Part shown: positions 9,808-20,746 of the stretch, one piece after another
Numbering within the stretch: the first letter of the stretch is position 1
Layout: every line of letters starts with the position of its first letter
From: Candidatus Marinacidobacterales bacterium
GTDB lineage: Bacteria; Acidobacteriota; Vicinamibacteria; Marinacidobacterales; DATDRI01
Reading direction: 5' to 3'
DNA length: 64,000 nucleotides
NCBI GenBank assembly: GCA_965226495.1
Contig: OZ245365.1
Coordinates: 3,136,001-3,200,000, forward strand
The notes under the pieces: model-generated
What the model saw: the letters and a program-made list of their open reading frames with translations, nothing else
Told to the model about the DNA's origin: nothing
The model's database searches: none
Translations under genes and position numbers: made by a program

Positions 9808-11469
9808 ATGCGTAGCGATGCGATAAAGAAAGGACTTTCCCGTGCGCCTGCCCGGGCGATGCTCAAAGCCACCGGCCTCACCGACGAGGACTTGGCACGA
9901 CCGCTCGTCGCCGTCGCCAATACTTGGACCGAAGTAACACCTTGCAACTTTCATCTGCGTCGGCTCGCCGAAAAAGTGAAGGAGGGTGTTCGCTCCGCCG
10001 GGGGCACTCCGATCGAGTTCAATACCATCACCGTTTCGGATGGGATCGCGATGGGCACGGAAGGAATGAAGGCCTCTCTGGTTTCGAGAGAAGTTGTCGC
10101 CGACTCCATAGAGCTCGTGGTAAACGGACACCTCTTCGATGCGGTCGTCGCCATCTCTGGATGCGACAAAACCATCCCCGGGACGGTCATGGCCTTGGCT
10201 CGCTTGGACCTTCCCTCCCTAATGCTTTACGGGGGCTCCATCCTCCCGGGGAGTTTTCAAGGGAGAGACGTCACAATCCAAGATGTCTTCGAAGCCGTTG
10301 GAGCCTGTGCTGCTGGCCGAATGACAGAGGCCGATCTCCACGAGCTCGAGGACCATGCTTGTCCTGGCGCGGGCGCTTGTGGCGGTCAATTCACGGCCAA
10401 TACGATGTCCACCGCCATGACGATGCTCGGTATCTCGCCGATGGGGGTGAACGACATCGCGGCGGTGGCGAAGAAAAAAAACGTTGCCGCCTTCCGGTGC
10501 GGCGAGCTGGTCATGGCGCTTCTGGAAAAAGACGTCCGCCCCAGCCAAATCATCACCCGTCCCGCGATCGAGAACGCCATCGCGTCGGTTGCTGCCACCG
10601 GCGGCTCGACCAACGCAGTACTTCATCTTCTGGCAATCGCTCGGGAAGCAGGGGTGCCTCTCAACTTAGAGGACTTCGATACGATCGCGGCCAAGACACC
10701 GGTCATCGCAGACCTCAAACCCGGCGGACGATTTACCGCCCCCGATCTCGAGCGAGCCGGCGGCCTGCGACTTCTGGCGCAGCGCATGATGGATGGAGGC
10801 TTCTTGACCGATCAACCTACGGTCAGCGGCCGCACACTCTTCGTGGAAGCGAAGAGTGCAGAAGAAACGGCGGGGCAAACCGTCATAAGCTCGCTGGATA
10901 AACCACTGAAAGCGTCAGGCGGTTTCGCGATCTTACGCGGGTCGCTCGCCCCTGAAGGGTGCGTGGTCAAGCTCGCCGGGCACGAACGAGTGCAGCACGA
11001 AGGACCGGCACGTGTCTTCGAGCGCGAAGAAGACGCCTTTGAGGCCTTGCAGAGCGGTGGGATCCAGCCCGGTGATGTCATGGTGATTCGCTACGAAGGC
11101 CCCAAAGGCGGTCCGGGTATGCGAGAGATGCTTGCCGTGACCGCCGCACTGGTTGGACAAGGGCTAGGAGACTCGGTAGCACTCGTCACTGACGGCCGCT
11201 TCAGTGGCGCTACACACGGCCTCATGGTTGGGCACGTCGCGCCGGAAGCTGCAGTGGGTGGACCCATTGCCTTCGTGCAGGACGGCGATACGATCCGGTT
11301 CGATATCAAGGGACGCCGTCTCGACGTCGAGGCGAATTTGGAAGAGCGTCGTGCCGGGTGGAAACCACCTTCGGCGGAAAAGCAAAAAGGCGTGATGGCC
11401 AAATACGCACGACTCGTCTCGTCGGCTTCGGACGGTGCGGTCACGACCGCGTTCCCCATTGAGCGCTAA
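9808..11469 (+). CDS. ilvD: Dihydroxy-acid dehydratase
   Basis: [52 protein letters not shown]; start placed at ATG 9808 behind GGAG. Confidence 0.97.
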   Translation: MRSDAIKKGLSRAPARAMLKATGLTDEDLARPLVAVANTWTEVTPCNFHLRRLAEKVKEGVRSAGGTPIEFNTITVSDGIAMGTEGMKASLVSREVVADSIELVVNGHLFDAVVAISGCDKTIPGTVMALARLDLPSLMLYGGSILPGSFQGRDVTIQDVFEAVGACAAGRMTEADLHELEDHACPGAGACGGQFTANTMSTAMTMLGISPMGVNDIAAVAKKKNVAAFRCGELVMALLEKDVRPSQIITRPAIENAIASVAATGGSTNAVLHLLAIAREAGVPLNLEDFDTIAAKTPVIADLKPGGRFTAPDLERAGGLRLLAQRMMDGGFLTDQPTVSGRTLFVEAKSAEETAGQTVISSLDKPLKASGGFAILRGSLAPEGCVVKLAGHERVQHEGPARVFEREEDAFEALQSGGIQPGDVMVIRYEGPKGGPGMREMLAVTAALVGQGLGDSVALVTDGRFSGATHGLMVGHVAPEAAVGGPIAFVQDGDTIRFDIKGRRLDVEANLEERRAGWKPPSAEKQKGVMAKYARLVSSASDGAVTTAFPIER

Positions 11470-11945
11470 CGGATCCGGCGGTTGAAGGCCACCTGATCGG
11501 CACCCAAAAGAACATCGTAGTTGGACATGACTTCTCTCCTCAATCCTTCGGCTCACTCGTGCTCTGGCAACAACAACTCCATCGGCGAGACGCGGGGACA
11601 CCAGGGATCCGGCGTAGACGATCAAGCTCCCCTAGTCTGCGACGAGCTTGTAGGCCGGTATAACCCATGCCCTCTCGGACCGAGACCGGTCGGAGATCCT
11701 GCTCGTTCGAACGCGGAGATAGGCGGCGCGTGCACCCGTACGATCAGGAACTTGCGCGTAATGTAGACGATGTTGCAAGAGCAATTTGTGACCTCGCTCA
11801 CCGTACCGATCGATTGTGAGTTTCGGTCGAAGACTCCACGATCCGCGAGAGGCTCTCGGAAAAAATCTCTACCTGAATAACCTGTTTCAGCCATCGAGAG
11901 ATGGCGAAAGTTACACTGGAGCCTGGGAGGTGGGTGCGGGTGCGA

Positions 11946-12899
11946 CTACCGGCCGAACCTCTTCATGATCTCGAGGAAAAGGATGCTCTGCTCGTCGCCC
12001 AGGGCCAGCGCCGTGTCCGCGTGATCGTGATCCTCGAGTATCAGAAAGTCTGCCTGCGAGCCCATCTCCTTCAGCCGTATCACGAATAGCTGAGGCGAAT
12101 CATGAAGTATCGCCTCCCCCGTTCCCGCGGAGAAGAATACGACCGGGGGCGCAGTGTCGATGTTCTGGAGGGGATCGGCTTCTTGACGAAGCGCGGGATC
12201 GGCAACGTAGGCGTTACCTTCCGCCTTTCTTATCGCGTAAACTCCGCCACCAAGAGCCGCCTCGGGGTCCCCGACGACGATGGACGTGCTGACGGGTGCG
12301 CAACCTTTGATGAGATCCGGAGGTAGCCCCTCTTCTTTGAGCCAACCTCCCCTCACGCAGACTTCCGCGGCCAATATTCCCCCCGCCGAATGCCCACCGA
12401 CATAGATCTGCTCCGGGTCGCCTCCATAGTTAGCAATGTTCCGATACAACCAGGACAATGCCGCCCGAATGTCTTCGGGTTGACTCGGATAATAGAAGCC
12501 CTGGGGAGTTAGTCGATAGCTGGTGACGGCGGTGACGAAGCCGCGCTTGGCGAACGGTCCAGCGACATAGCCGTAATGGCTGCGATCACCTTCTCGAAAA
12601 CCTCCCCCGTGAATGAACAAGAATACCGGCGCCTTAGTGGGTTTCTCTTCGGGGAAGTACAAGTCGAGCTTCTGTTTCTCGTGCTCTCCAAAGGCGATAT
12701 CGAGCTTGTGCGGCAGCTTCTTTTTCGCTTTCGCGGTCCAGTCGTCGAGGGTGTCATAGAAGGCGATCCAGTCGATCTCGAACGTGCCGGCGTTCTGGAC
12801 CGTGTAGTACTGCGTCTTGTCTTGCGCAACTCCGGGTAAAGAAGTCAGAAGCACGCCACAAAACGAGAGAATCTTCGCGAGCGGTTTCGGATTCAGCAT
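11946..12899 (-). CDS. Secreted alpha/beta hydrolase (HSL/arylformamidase-like esterase)
   Basis: Signal peptide; FIHGGG, YRLTP, YGGDPEQIYVGGHSAGG motifs. Confidence 0.85.
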   Translation of the reverse strand: MLNPKPLAKILSFCGVLLTSLPGVAQDKTQYYTVQNAGTFEIDWIAFYDTLDDWTAKAKKKLPHKLDIAFGEHEKQKLDLYFPEEKPTKAPVFLFIHGGGFREGDRSHYGYVAGPFAKRGFVTAVTSYRLTPQGFYYPSQPEDIRAALSWLYRNIANYGGDPEQIYVGGHSAGGILAAEVCVRGGWLKEEGLPPDLIKGCAPVSTSIVVGDPEAALGGGVYAIRKAEGNAYVADPALRQEADPLQNIDTAPPVVFFSAGTGEAILHDSPQLFVIRLKEMGSQADFLILEDHDHADTALALGDEQSILFLEIMKRFGR

Positions 12900-12920
12900 T
12901 TTCGTTCCCTCCGGTGGAAC

Positions 12921-13667
12921 CTAGCGGATCACCTTGCCCTTGGAGCTCACACGGAAAGGCTCGGGCAACACCGCCTCGACCTTTTTCCGGAATCCCGTTA
13001 CTTCCCAGCCGAGTCGCTCCAAGGTCTCGGTGATGCGGGTCTGAACGCGAACAGAGTCGTCTTGGTCGCTCACCAGGGCATCCAATAGTGGCTCCCGCGC
13101 ACGTTCGTCGGCATGGACCTCGAGACACTCGACCGCAGCGAGCCGCACCGTGTCATCCGGACTCTTGAGGCACGGGATCACCCCTTCCACGACCCCCTCA
13201 ACAGGCATCGACTCGAGCGCCTTGATGATCTGGGTAGCTTTCTCTCCTCGAATGCGAACCGTATCGCCCTGAAAAAGGATCTCGAGGAGAAAAGGAAGGA
13301 CGTCTTCATCGGGACGGAGCGTGCTAAGAGCGTCAATCGCCCACGTCACTTGGTCGTGGCGACGAAGATAAAGTTTCAGTGGTTCGACCGCTTCTTGGCC
13401 GAAACCGACGAGCACATCGCGGACGTAACGCTTTTCGTCCTGATCGATGCCCAGGTTCTCAGTGGTCGCCGAGAAACGGCGCGCCAAAGAATAGATCGCC
13501 TCAGGGGTGCCGATGGATTTTAGCTTATCGACCGCTTCCAAACGCGCTTCATTTTGTGCGTACCGCTCGAGGAGCGTCTTGGTGCTGCGATTGATCCGTA
13601 GGTTGAGCCTTCCCTCCGCGCTTGTCAAATCTTTGAGCACGGAGAAGGCTGTTTCTAGTATGGACAT
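12921..13667 (-). CDS. HEAT-repeat protein
   Basis: Repeated AVEPL/VRLAAVECL/AREPLLDAL helical motifs. Confidence 0.75.
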   Translation of the reverse strand: MSILETAFSVLKDLTSAEGRLNLRINRSTKTLLERYAQNEARLEAVDKLKSIGTPEAIYSLARRFSATTENLGIDQDEKRYVRDVLVGFGQEAVEPLKLYLRRHDQVTWAIDALSTLRPDEDVLPFLLEILFQGDTVRIRGEKATQIIKALESMPVEGVVEGVIPCLKSPDDTVRLAAVECLEVHADERAREPLLDALVSDQDDSVRVQTRITETLERLGWEVTGFRKKVEAVLPEPFRVSSKGKVIR

Positions 13668-13689
13668 GACTGTTTATAGCATTAATTAG

Positions 13690-14082
13690 TGGTCGTTCGT
13701 CTCTTCGACTCACTCCCGGGCCTCGCTCTTCGCTCGGCCCTAAAGCCACGGCCGGGTTCCCTTGCGTATCAGACTGACCTAGCAATTCCTCCCGGCCGAC
13801 CGGCCTCCGGCCCGGTGCTGGTCGTTCGTCTCTTCGACTCACTCCCGGGCCTCGCTCTTCAATAAATGGCGCGGGGCCCCACCCCCACGCCTCATGCTCC
13901 GTCGCTGGCGCGACTGCGCATGGGCTCAGGCTGCGCTCGGGCTCAACGCCACGGCCGCGTTCCCTTGCGTATCAGACTGACCTAGCAATTCCTCCCGGCC
14001 GACCGGCCTCCGGCCCGGTGCTGGTCGTTCGTCTCTTCGACTCGGGCTTCCATTAGTCGCCTGGGGCCCCACCCCCAGGCGA
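13690..14082. repeat. Intergenic cluster of direct repeats and REP-like palindromes
   Basis: TGGTCGTTCGTCTCTTCGACTC x3 (13690, 13819, 14022); near-identical ~96-bp unit at 13745-13840 and 13948-14043; GGGGCCCCACCCCCA x2 (13873, 14063). Confidence 0.85.
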
Positions 14083-14140
14083 GTCACTCCGGTGGCAAGC
14101 ACCTGCGTGACAGCTGAGAGCTGAGCCTCGCGCCTGATGG

Positions 14141-15385
14141 CTAGAGAGTCAAATCAGCCGGCGCGCCCCCCAAGGCCGCGTCGAAGAAGTCCAGGACTCG
14201 ATTCCAGAAGATGCCCGGGGGAGGGTAGTTGTCGAAACCATGTTCGCCGCCCGGCAACAACCATAGCTCGCTTGGAAGGCCGGCATCGCGGCGTAAAGCA
14301 TCGAGACGCTCGGAGTGATAGGGCGGAAACAGATCGTCGGCGTCGCCGTGGATGAACAACACCGGGGCACGAATCTCGGCTATGGCGTCGGCGGGGCGGA
14401 TGTTCATTAGATCGATGCCGGCGCGCCAACGAAGCGCCACGCTGAGCGGATAGCGAAGCCAGGTGCTCACCCCTCGCAAGCTCAACATCTCCCCGGCGGC
14501 AGCCCAAAGGTCCGAATAAGGCGCATCGAGTGCCAACGCGGCGAGCGCGGGATCCTGGGCCGCGGCAAAGATGGCAGATGCCGCACCGTTCGAGGTTCCA
14601 AAGACCACCACCGCATCTGGCCGGACCGATTCCTGCTGGCGGACCCACTTCGTCATGCTGGCGACATCGAGGCGCTCGTTCACGGTATAGGTCACGAAAT
14701 CACCTTCGCTCGCTCCTCGGCCGCTCAAATCCATGGCAAGAAGACCGTATCCGCGACGATACCAGTGCGTCGCACCTTCCAATCCTTGGAACCGAGATGA
14801 TTTCGCGCCATGCACGAAGACGCCGACTCGCCCATCGCTTCCTTCCGGTGGCGGGATGAACCAACCTTGGAGCTTGAAGCCGCTGGCCGAAGCAACCTCG
14901 ACATCCTCGTAGGGAAGCCCAAGGTCCCCCGGGTTTCGGAGAAACGGTTTGAGCACTAACTGAACGTCCCGGGAGGCCCCTCCCTCTCTTTCCACGATCA
15001 ACCTCACGGCATCGCCCGCCTCGTAGTCGGTGACGAACAAACTGTGAAGCTCCCTGCCGTCCAAGACACTAAGAGGTTTGCCATCGAGGCGAGTGATCAC
15101 ATCGCCGGAACGCAATCCGATCTCCCGTCCCGACTCCCAAGGTCGGAGGATCTGCAAGCCTTCGGGATTCTCCGAACGTTTAGTCCAACCCAAAAAAGCG
15201 GAGCCGGGCACCGGCCCCCCGTCCCGGACGGGATTGCCGAAGAAGTCCCGACCCGGAACACGGCGCTGCCCCGTGAGATACGAGAGCGCCATTCGATCTA
15301 CAGTGTAGACACCGAATCCAAGGAGACCCACCAGCAAAACGGTGAGCAATCTCCAGACCCAACGGCGTTTCCGGCTCAATAACAT
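14141..15385 (-). CDS. Membrane-anchored alpha/beta hydrolase with PDZ-like insert
   Basis: N-terminal TM helix; GLRSGDVITRLDGK (PDZ-like); VHG, DLSGRGAS, GTSNG, IHGDAD, GGEH motifs. Confidence 0.8.
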   Translation of the reverse strand: MLLSRKRRWVWRLLTVLLVGLLGFGVYTVDRMALSYLTGQRRVPGRDFFGNPVRDGGPVPGSAFLGWTKRSENPEGLQILRPWESGREIGLRSGDVITRLDGKPLSVLDGRELHSLFVTDYEAGDAVRLIVEREGGASRDVQLVLKPFLRNPGDLGLPYEDVEVASASGFKLQGWFIPPPEGSDGRVGVFVHGAKSSRFQGLEGATHWYRRGYGLLAMDLSGRGASEGDFVTYTVNERLDVASMTKWVRQQESVRPDAVVVFGTSNGAASAIFAAAQDPALAALALDAPYSDLWAAAGEMLSLRGVSTWLRYPLSVALRWRAGIDLMNIRPADAIAEIRAPVLFIHGDADDLFPPYHSERLDALRRDAGLPSELWLLPGGEHGFDNYPPPGIFWNRVLDFFDAALGGAPADLTL

Positions 15386-15480
15386 TCCTCTTTACAAACT
15401 GACCAGTTCACAGAGCATCATAGCCATCGGGCGACCACGGAGCAAAGTGGCAAGACTGTGCTACATTAGCCCTTCGCTCG

Positions 15481-15945
15481 ATGTCCACCACCTTTTCCCG
15501 CTCGATGCGCTCGCTCGAACGCGACGGGTTTCGTTTCAGTCTGACCGTCTTGCTCATCGCTGCATTGCTTCTTGTAGCGTGGGGCGTTTGGTTTTTCCTC
15601 GCGACGGTCCCCGTGTACACGGTTGTCCACACGTTCGATTTAGATGTGAACAGCGGGGCGACACATATTGTCGTGGAGCTCGAGGCCAGTGAAGCGGCGA
15701 ATGTCCGACCACAACAAAAAGCGTGGATTCGTTTGACGGGTGCGCGCGCACTACCCGCGACGGTAACTCGCGTCGTCAATGAGCCCGTACCGGGTGGGGA
15801 CGGCAAGACGCGCATCGAGCTCGCTGTTGAAGAAGACGCCGGCTCACTTCTATCAGAGCAGAACAACCTACAGGGAACAGTCGAGATCGAAGTAGAACGT
15901 TTAACCCCCTCGGCGCTCGCACTTCGTTCGATCAGGCGCGACTGA
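15481..15945 (+). CDS. Short HlyD/membrane-fusion-protein-like accessory protein (154 aa)
   Basis: N-terminal TM helix and C-terminal LQGTVEIEVERLTP beta-barrel-like motif; directly upstream of the C39 ABC transporter. Confidence 0.6.
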   Translation: MSTTFSRSMRSLERDGFRFSLTVLLIAALLLVAWGVWFFLATVPVYTVVHTFDLDVNSGATHIVVELEASEAANVRPQQKAWIRLTGARALPATVTRVVNEPVPGGDGKTRIELAVEEDAGSLLSEQNNLQGTVEIEVERLTPSALALRSIRRD

Positions 15946-15956
15946 GGCTCCGGACC

Positions 15957-18620
15957 TTGCGCGCCCGGCATCGTTTCTTCGCACCAGAGGTCGTCCAGTC
16001 GTCGGCAATGGACTGTGGACCGGCCGCGCTCAAGAGCTTGTTGGACGGCTTCGGGATTCCGGTGAGCTACGGCCGGCTACGAGAAGCCTGCCAAACCGAT
16101 GTCGACGGCACCTCCATTGACACATTGGAGGGCATTGCCGTCGAGCTCGGTCTCGAAGCCGAACAGATCTTGGTGCCAACCGATCACGTCCTCTTGCCGG
16201 CGGCGCATGCCCTCCCCGCCTTGGCGGTTGCCGAGCTGCCAAACGGTGCGGCCCATTTTGTCATCGTGTGGAGTCGACATGGTCGACTCGTGCAAGTCAT
16301 GGACCCCGCCTTCGGGCGAAGATGGATCTCCGAGACACGATTTTTGCAGGAGCTCTACCAGCACACCATGCTGATCCCGGCCGCCGCATGGCGTGAGTGG
16401 GCAGTCTCTGACGAGGCTCGCGGCGCCATAGAGTCGAGACTCGATGGCCTGAAGGTTCAAAAAAACACTTCACGCGATCTGATCGGGGAAGCGTCTACTC
16501 ATCCAGACTGGAGGGCTTTGGCAAGACTGGACGCCGCGCTCCGGGCAACCGACTCCGTCGTGCGAGCTGGCGGCATCGGTCTCGGTGATGACGCAACGCG
16601 GGTCCTGAAGGGCCTTATCGAAAGCGACGACATTCCGGAACACTTTTGGTCGGCTCGCCCCGCTGATGATGCTGATGAGGAGTCGGAGCGAGAGGAGCAC
16701 GTCTGGGCACGAGGAGCGGTGCTGGTTCGAGTGCGCGGACGTCGCCCATCGTCCAGGGACTCCTCTGAGCAATCGACGGAAGGACTATCGCCGGAGCTCG
16801 TCGCGGCTCGCGAGGAACCTACTGCCCGCCCCGGAAGGGAGCTATTTAAACTGCTGCGGGCCGATGGACTGTTGTCTCCGATTGCTTTGACACTCGCCTT
16901 GTTCGTGGCAGCCGGCGGGCTCGTGATCGAAGCACTACTCTTTCGTGGCCTGCTCGATTTGGTTCCCGCGCTCGGCTCGTTGACGCAACGAGTGGGCGCC
17001 TTCACCGCGCTCGCCGCTTTCGTTTTGTTTCTACTGATCCTCGAGCTCCCCATCGCGGGGGGCGTCCTTCGTCTCGGACGAAGGCTGGAAGGCCGGTTGC
17101 GCATAGCGTTCCTTGAAAAGATCCCTCGGCTCGGAGACCGTTACTTTCGAAGCCGACTGATCTCCGATATGGCGGAGCGAAACCATAGCGTCCATGGCCT
17201 GAGGAATCTCCCGAATCTGGGCGCGATCTTCATGGCTTCCTTCTTCGAGCTGGCGTTGACGGTGGCGGGAATCATCTGGCTCGCGCCCGCGAGTGCTCCG
17301 GTCGCTCTTCTGGCAGGAGCTCTCGCGCTCGGACTGCCGCTGGCTGGTCAACCCGTCTTGATGGAAAGGGACCTTCGCGTACGAAGTCACCTGGGCATCC
17401 TCAGCCGCTTCTATCTGGATTCGCTCCTAGGGCTCGTGGCGGTGCGCGCCCATGCCGCTGGGTCTTCCATCCGAAACGAGCACGAGGCGGAGTTGGTGCA
17501 GTGGACGAGAGCGCGTTTTTCGTTACAAGGGGCCGTGGTCGGTGTCGAGGGTATTCAGGCTTTGACCGGATTCGGAGCGGCCGCCTTCCTCCTGATCGGC
17601 CACCTGGATCGAGGAGGAGACCTGGGGAGCGTCCTGCTGCTGGTTTATTGGGCGCTCAATTTGCCATTTCTCGGTCTGACCATCGCGCAACTCGCTTGGC
17701 AATATCCAGCTCACCACAACGTAACGCTTCGATTGACCGAGCCGCTCGGTGCTCCCACTGACGAGTTTGACGAGCTCGGCGCTCGGTCACACGGCCCAAC
17801 AAAGAGCGAGCCTGAAAAGAAAACCGGAGTCGCGCTGCAGTTGCGGGAGCTGAGCGTGCGAGCCGGCGGGCACCTCATCCTCGATCGCATCGATCTCGAT
17901 ATCGATGCCGGAAGTCACGTGGCGGTCGTCGGCCATTCCGGCGCCGGCAAGTCGAGCCTGTTCGGGGTTCTCCTCGGCTGGCATCGGGCAAGTCATGGGG
18001 AGGTTCTGGTCGACGGCGTTCCCCTAGACAGAGGCGAGCTCGGGCGTCTCCGCTCGGCAACCGCTTGGATCGATCCGTCGGTTCAAGTCTGGAATCGCTC
18101 ACTGTCCGCCAATCTGCTGTACGGGAACGAGGTGCCTGCCATGCATCTCGAGATGGCCATCGATCAAGCCGATCTCCGCGAGGTCTTAGAATCGTTGCCG
18201 CAAGGCGAAGCGACGCTCCTAGGGGAGAACGGCGGATTGGTTTCGGGTGGTGAAGGCCAAAGAGTAAGGCTCGGCCGCGCGATGATGCGCTCGTCGGTGC
18301 GTTTGGTTCTCTTGGATGAGCCGTTTCGGGGCCTTGGCCATGAACAACGGGCAACACTACTCGCTCGCTGTCGGGAACTTTGGAAGCACGCGACGCTTCT
18401 GTGCGTCACTCACGGGATCGCTGAGACCGATTCGTTCGACCGCGTGCTCGTCATGGAAAGTGGAAAGCTCGTCGAGGACGGCACTCCGGAATCACTCGGT
18501 GCCCCGACAAGCTCTCGCTACCGCAGCCTGCGGGAGTCCGAAGAAGCGGTTCGCGCCGTGTGGACTGACGAGTCTTGGCGCCGGCTCGAGCTCGTCGATG
18601 GAAAGTTGGCCGAGAAATGA
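15957..18620 (+). CDS. Peptidase-containing ABC transporter (C39 domain + TMD + NBD)
   Basis: QSSAMDCGPAAL (catalytic Cys), AHFVIVW (His), MDPA (Asp); Walker A GHSGAGKS; VSGGE; LLDE; VTH. Confidence 0.92.
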   Translation: MRARHRFFAPEVVQSSAMDCGPAALKSLLDGFGIPVSYGRLREACQTDVDGTSIDTLEGIAVELGLEAEQILVPTDHVLLPAAHALPALAVAELPNGAAHFVIVWSRHGRLVQVMDPAFGRRWISETRFLQELYQHTMLIPAAAWREWAVSDEARGAIESRLDGLKVQKNTSRDLIGEASTHPDWRALARLDAALRATDSVVRAGGIGLGDDATRVLKGLIESDDIPEHFWSARPADDADEESEREEHVWARGAVLVRVRGRRPSSRDSSEQSTEGLSPELVAAREEPTARPGRELFKLLRADGLLSPIALTLALFVAAGGLVIEALLFRGLLDLVPALGSLTQRVGAFTALAAFVLFLLILELPIAGGVLRLGRRLEGRLRIAFLEKIPRLGDRYFRSRLISDMAERNHSVHGLRNLPNLGAIFMASFFELALTVAGIIWLAPASAPVALLAGALALGLPLAGQPVLMERDLRVRSHLGILSRFYLDSLLGLVAVRAHAAGSSIRNEHEAELVQWTRARFSLQGAVVGVEGIQALTGFGAAAFLLIGHLDRGGDLGSVLLLVYWALNLPFLGLTIAQLAWQYPAHHNVTLRLTEPLGAPTDEFDELGARSHGPTKSEPEKKTGVALQLRELSVRAGGHLILDRIDLDIDAGSHVAVVGHSGAGKSSLFGVLLGWHRASHGEVLVDGVPLDRGELGRLRSATAWIDPSVQVWNRSLSANLLYGNEVPAMHLEMAIDQADLREVLESLPQGEATLLGENGGLVSGGEGQRVRLGRAMMRSSVRLVLLDEPFRGLGHEQRATLLARCRELWKHATLLCVTHGIAETDSFDRVLVMESGKLVEDGTPESLGAPTSSRYRSLRESEEAVRAVWTDESWRRLELVDGKLAEK

Positions 18621-20746
18621 GACTGTCTACGGTAGATCGCCAGAGCATGCGCCATCTCTCGTGGCCGGTCGAGGAAATGGCGGAGGGGTTGTCGCTCTTG
18701 GCACGACGTGCGGGCCTCGGCCCTCGTAGCGCGCAGATACCTTCCCTCGGCAAGAGCGCACGAGACGACACGATCACTCATTGGATGGCATCCAGCGCCG
18801 CGTGGATGGGGCTCGAGGCTCAGCCCGTCGAGTCCACCTATCTGGAGCTTCCTGGGTTTCTCTTACGATCGGGCCCGGCGGTCGTTCGCCTGCCGGATCC
18901 TGACGCGAACCGTTTCCTGCTGGTCTTGAAAGGCACGGGGAAAGACGTTTCGATCCTCGGAAACGACCGAACCATTCACTCAATACCTCTCGCACGACTG
19001 GAAGCAGCCTTGGCACCGCACGACGCAGACCGAGTTGGCGATGCGGTCGACGAGCTTCTCGATAGTGTCGGGCTCGCCGGACTCGATGGAGCCCGTCGCC
19101 AGCGCGCCCGAGACGTAATGGTGCGCGAGCGGTTAGGCCAAACTGTGGTGGGCACTTCCTGGATATTGCGTTTGCCCGCTAGCGCCAGGACCAAATCGTT
19201 GGTGCGGCATACGCGCCTCCCCCAATACGTCCTTGCCTTCTGTGGAGCGCACACCGTTCAGTATCTCCTGTGGATCGCTTCGTGGTGGGTGATCGGACGC
19301 GGCGCCATTGAAGGCCGCGTGGATTCGGGATGGTTGGCCGCTTGGGTACTTCTACTGCTTACTATGATCCCATTCCGACTACTCGCTACGTGGTTCGAGG
19401 AACTGTTCAGCATTCGGGCCGGAGCACTCCTCAAACAGAGACTTCTCCAGGGGGCGCTTCGACTCAACCCGGACGAGGTTCGCCACGAGGGGGCCGGTCA
19501 TCATTTGGGTCGCGTACTCGAATCAGAGGCTGTCGAAGATCTCGCTCTGACGGGAGGCTTCTTGGCGTTGGTCGCTGGGATCGAGCTGGTCATCGCGACG
19601 GGTGTTCTCGCGACAGGTGCGGGGAGCGGGTACCACGTCGTGCTTCTGGTCGCCTGGCTCGGGGTGGCGTCAGTGGCGGGTCACGATTTCTTCCGAAGGC
19701 GTCGTCGTTGGACGCAACTTCGGTTGAGCATGAGTCACGAGCTCGTCGAAAAAATGGTGGGACACCGGACACGACTCGCGCAGCAAAATCCGCAACAGTG
19801 GCACGACGGCGAAGACGAGGAGCTTGCCCGCTATCTCGGCGTCTCGCGAGCCATGGATCGAGCCACCGTCAGACTCTCGGCTTTACCGAGGGGGTGGCTG
19901 TTCGTCGGCGTTGTCGGTCTGGCACCCTCTGTCATCGGTAGCCAAGCAAGTGCAGGCCTCTTAGCGGTGGGGTTGGGCGGCATGCTTCTCGCCTATCGAG
20001 CCCTCGACAAGCTGGTCGATGGCTTCTCCGATCTTGCCGACGCCGTCATCGCTTGGGAACAAGTGTCTCCCCTTTTCTATAGCGCTCGGCGGAGAGAAGC
20101 TCCCGGCGACCCGGCCCTCGCAATTCCACCGGATACCGAGCACTCGTCGACGCTTCTCGAGGCTGAAGCGATCGACTTTCGCTATCCGGATCGAGCGTCC
20201 CCGACCATCAGGGAGACGAGCCTCAGAATCTCGGTGGGCGATCGAGCGGTCGTTGCCTCACCATCGGGAGGGGGCAAGTCCACGCTCGTCTCTCTACTGA
20301 ATGGGCTTAGGACAGCAGATTCAGGGTCACTGCTCCTTTACGGGCTCGACCCGCAACAACTCGGCGCCGAGCGTTGGACTCGAAGAGTCGCCGCAGCCCC
20401 ACAGTTCAATGAGAATCACGTGTTCACCGAGACGTTGGCCTTCAATCTCCTGATGGGGCGAGGCTGGCCGCCGCACCCCGGCGATCTAGAAGCGGCGCAG
20501 GAGTTATGTCAGGAGCTCGGCTTGGGTGAGCTCATCGAGAGAATGCCGGGGGGGCTCTTCCAGATGGTCGGCGAAATGGGCTGGCAGCTCTCCCATGGTG
20601 AAAAGAGCCGACTCTACATCGCCCGGGCGCTGCTCCAGGGGGCCGATGTCGTCATCTTGGACGAAAGCTTCGCCGCCCTCGATCCCGAAAATTCTCGCCG
20701 TTCCCTCGCCTGCGCCCTCGACCACGCCCCTCTAGCCTCCTTGTAA
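18617..20746 (+). CDS. Partner ABC transporter (degenerate N-terminal C39-like domain + TMD + NBD); C-terminus apparently frameshifted
   Basis: ATGA overlap with the upstream gene; SPSGGGKS, LSHGE, ILDES; the H-loop-like SLLVTAHS lies in another frame ending at 20760. Confidence 0.88.
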   Translation: MRLSTVDRQSMRHLSWPVEEMAEGLSLLARRAGLGPRSAQIPSLGKSARDDTITHWMASSAAWMGLEAQPVESTYLELPGFLLRSGPAVVRLPDPDANRFLLVLKGTGKDVSILGNDRTIHSIPLARLEAALAPHDADRVGDAVDELLDSVGLAGLDGARRQRARDVMVRERLGQTVVGTSWILRLPASARTKSLVRHTRLPQYVLAFCGAHTVQYLLWIASWWVIGRGAIEGRVDSGWLAAWVLLLLTMIPFRLLATWFEELFSIRAGALLKQRLLQGALRLNPDEVRHEGAGHHLGRVLESEAVEDLALTGGFLALVAGIELVIATGVLATGAGSGYHVVLLVAWLGVASVAGHDFFRRRRRWTQLRLSMSHELVEKMVGHRTRLAQQNPQQWHDGEDEELARYLGVSRAMDRATVRLSALPRGWLFVGVVGLAPSVIGSQASAGLLAVGLGGMLLAYRALDKLVDGFSDLADAVIAWEQVSPLFYSARRREAPGDPALAIPPDTEHSSTLLEAEAIDFRYPDRASPTIRETSLRISVGDRAVVASPSGGGKSTLVSLLNGLRTADSGSLLLYGLDPQQLGAERWTRRVAAAPQFNENHVFTETLAFNLLMGRGWPPHPGDLEAAQELCQELGLGELIERMPGGLFQMVGEMGWQLSHGEKSRLYIARALLQGADVVILDESFAALDPENSRRSLACALDHAPLASL

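Noticed and set aside
11466-11900. Small minus-strand ORFs after ilvD (e.g. [20 protein letters not shown] behind AGGAG)
   Set aside because: No recognisable family; probably gene debris and cannot be supported.
13690-14082. CRISPR array
   Set aside because: Spacing is irregular (129 and 203 nt), the intervening sequences are themselves repeated, and there are no cas genes in the window.
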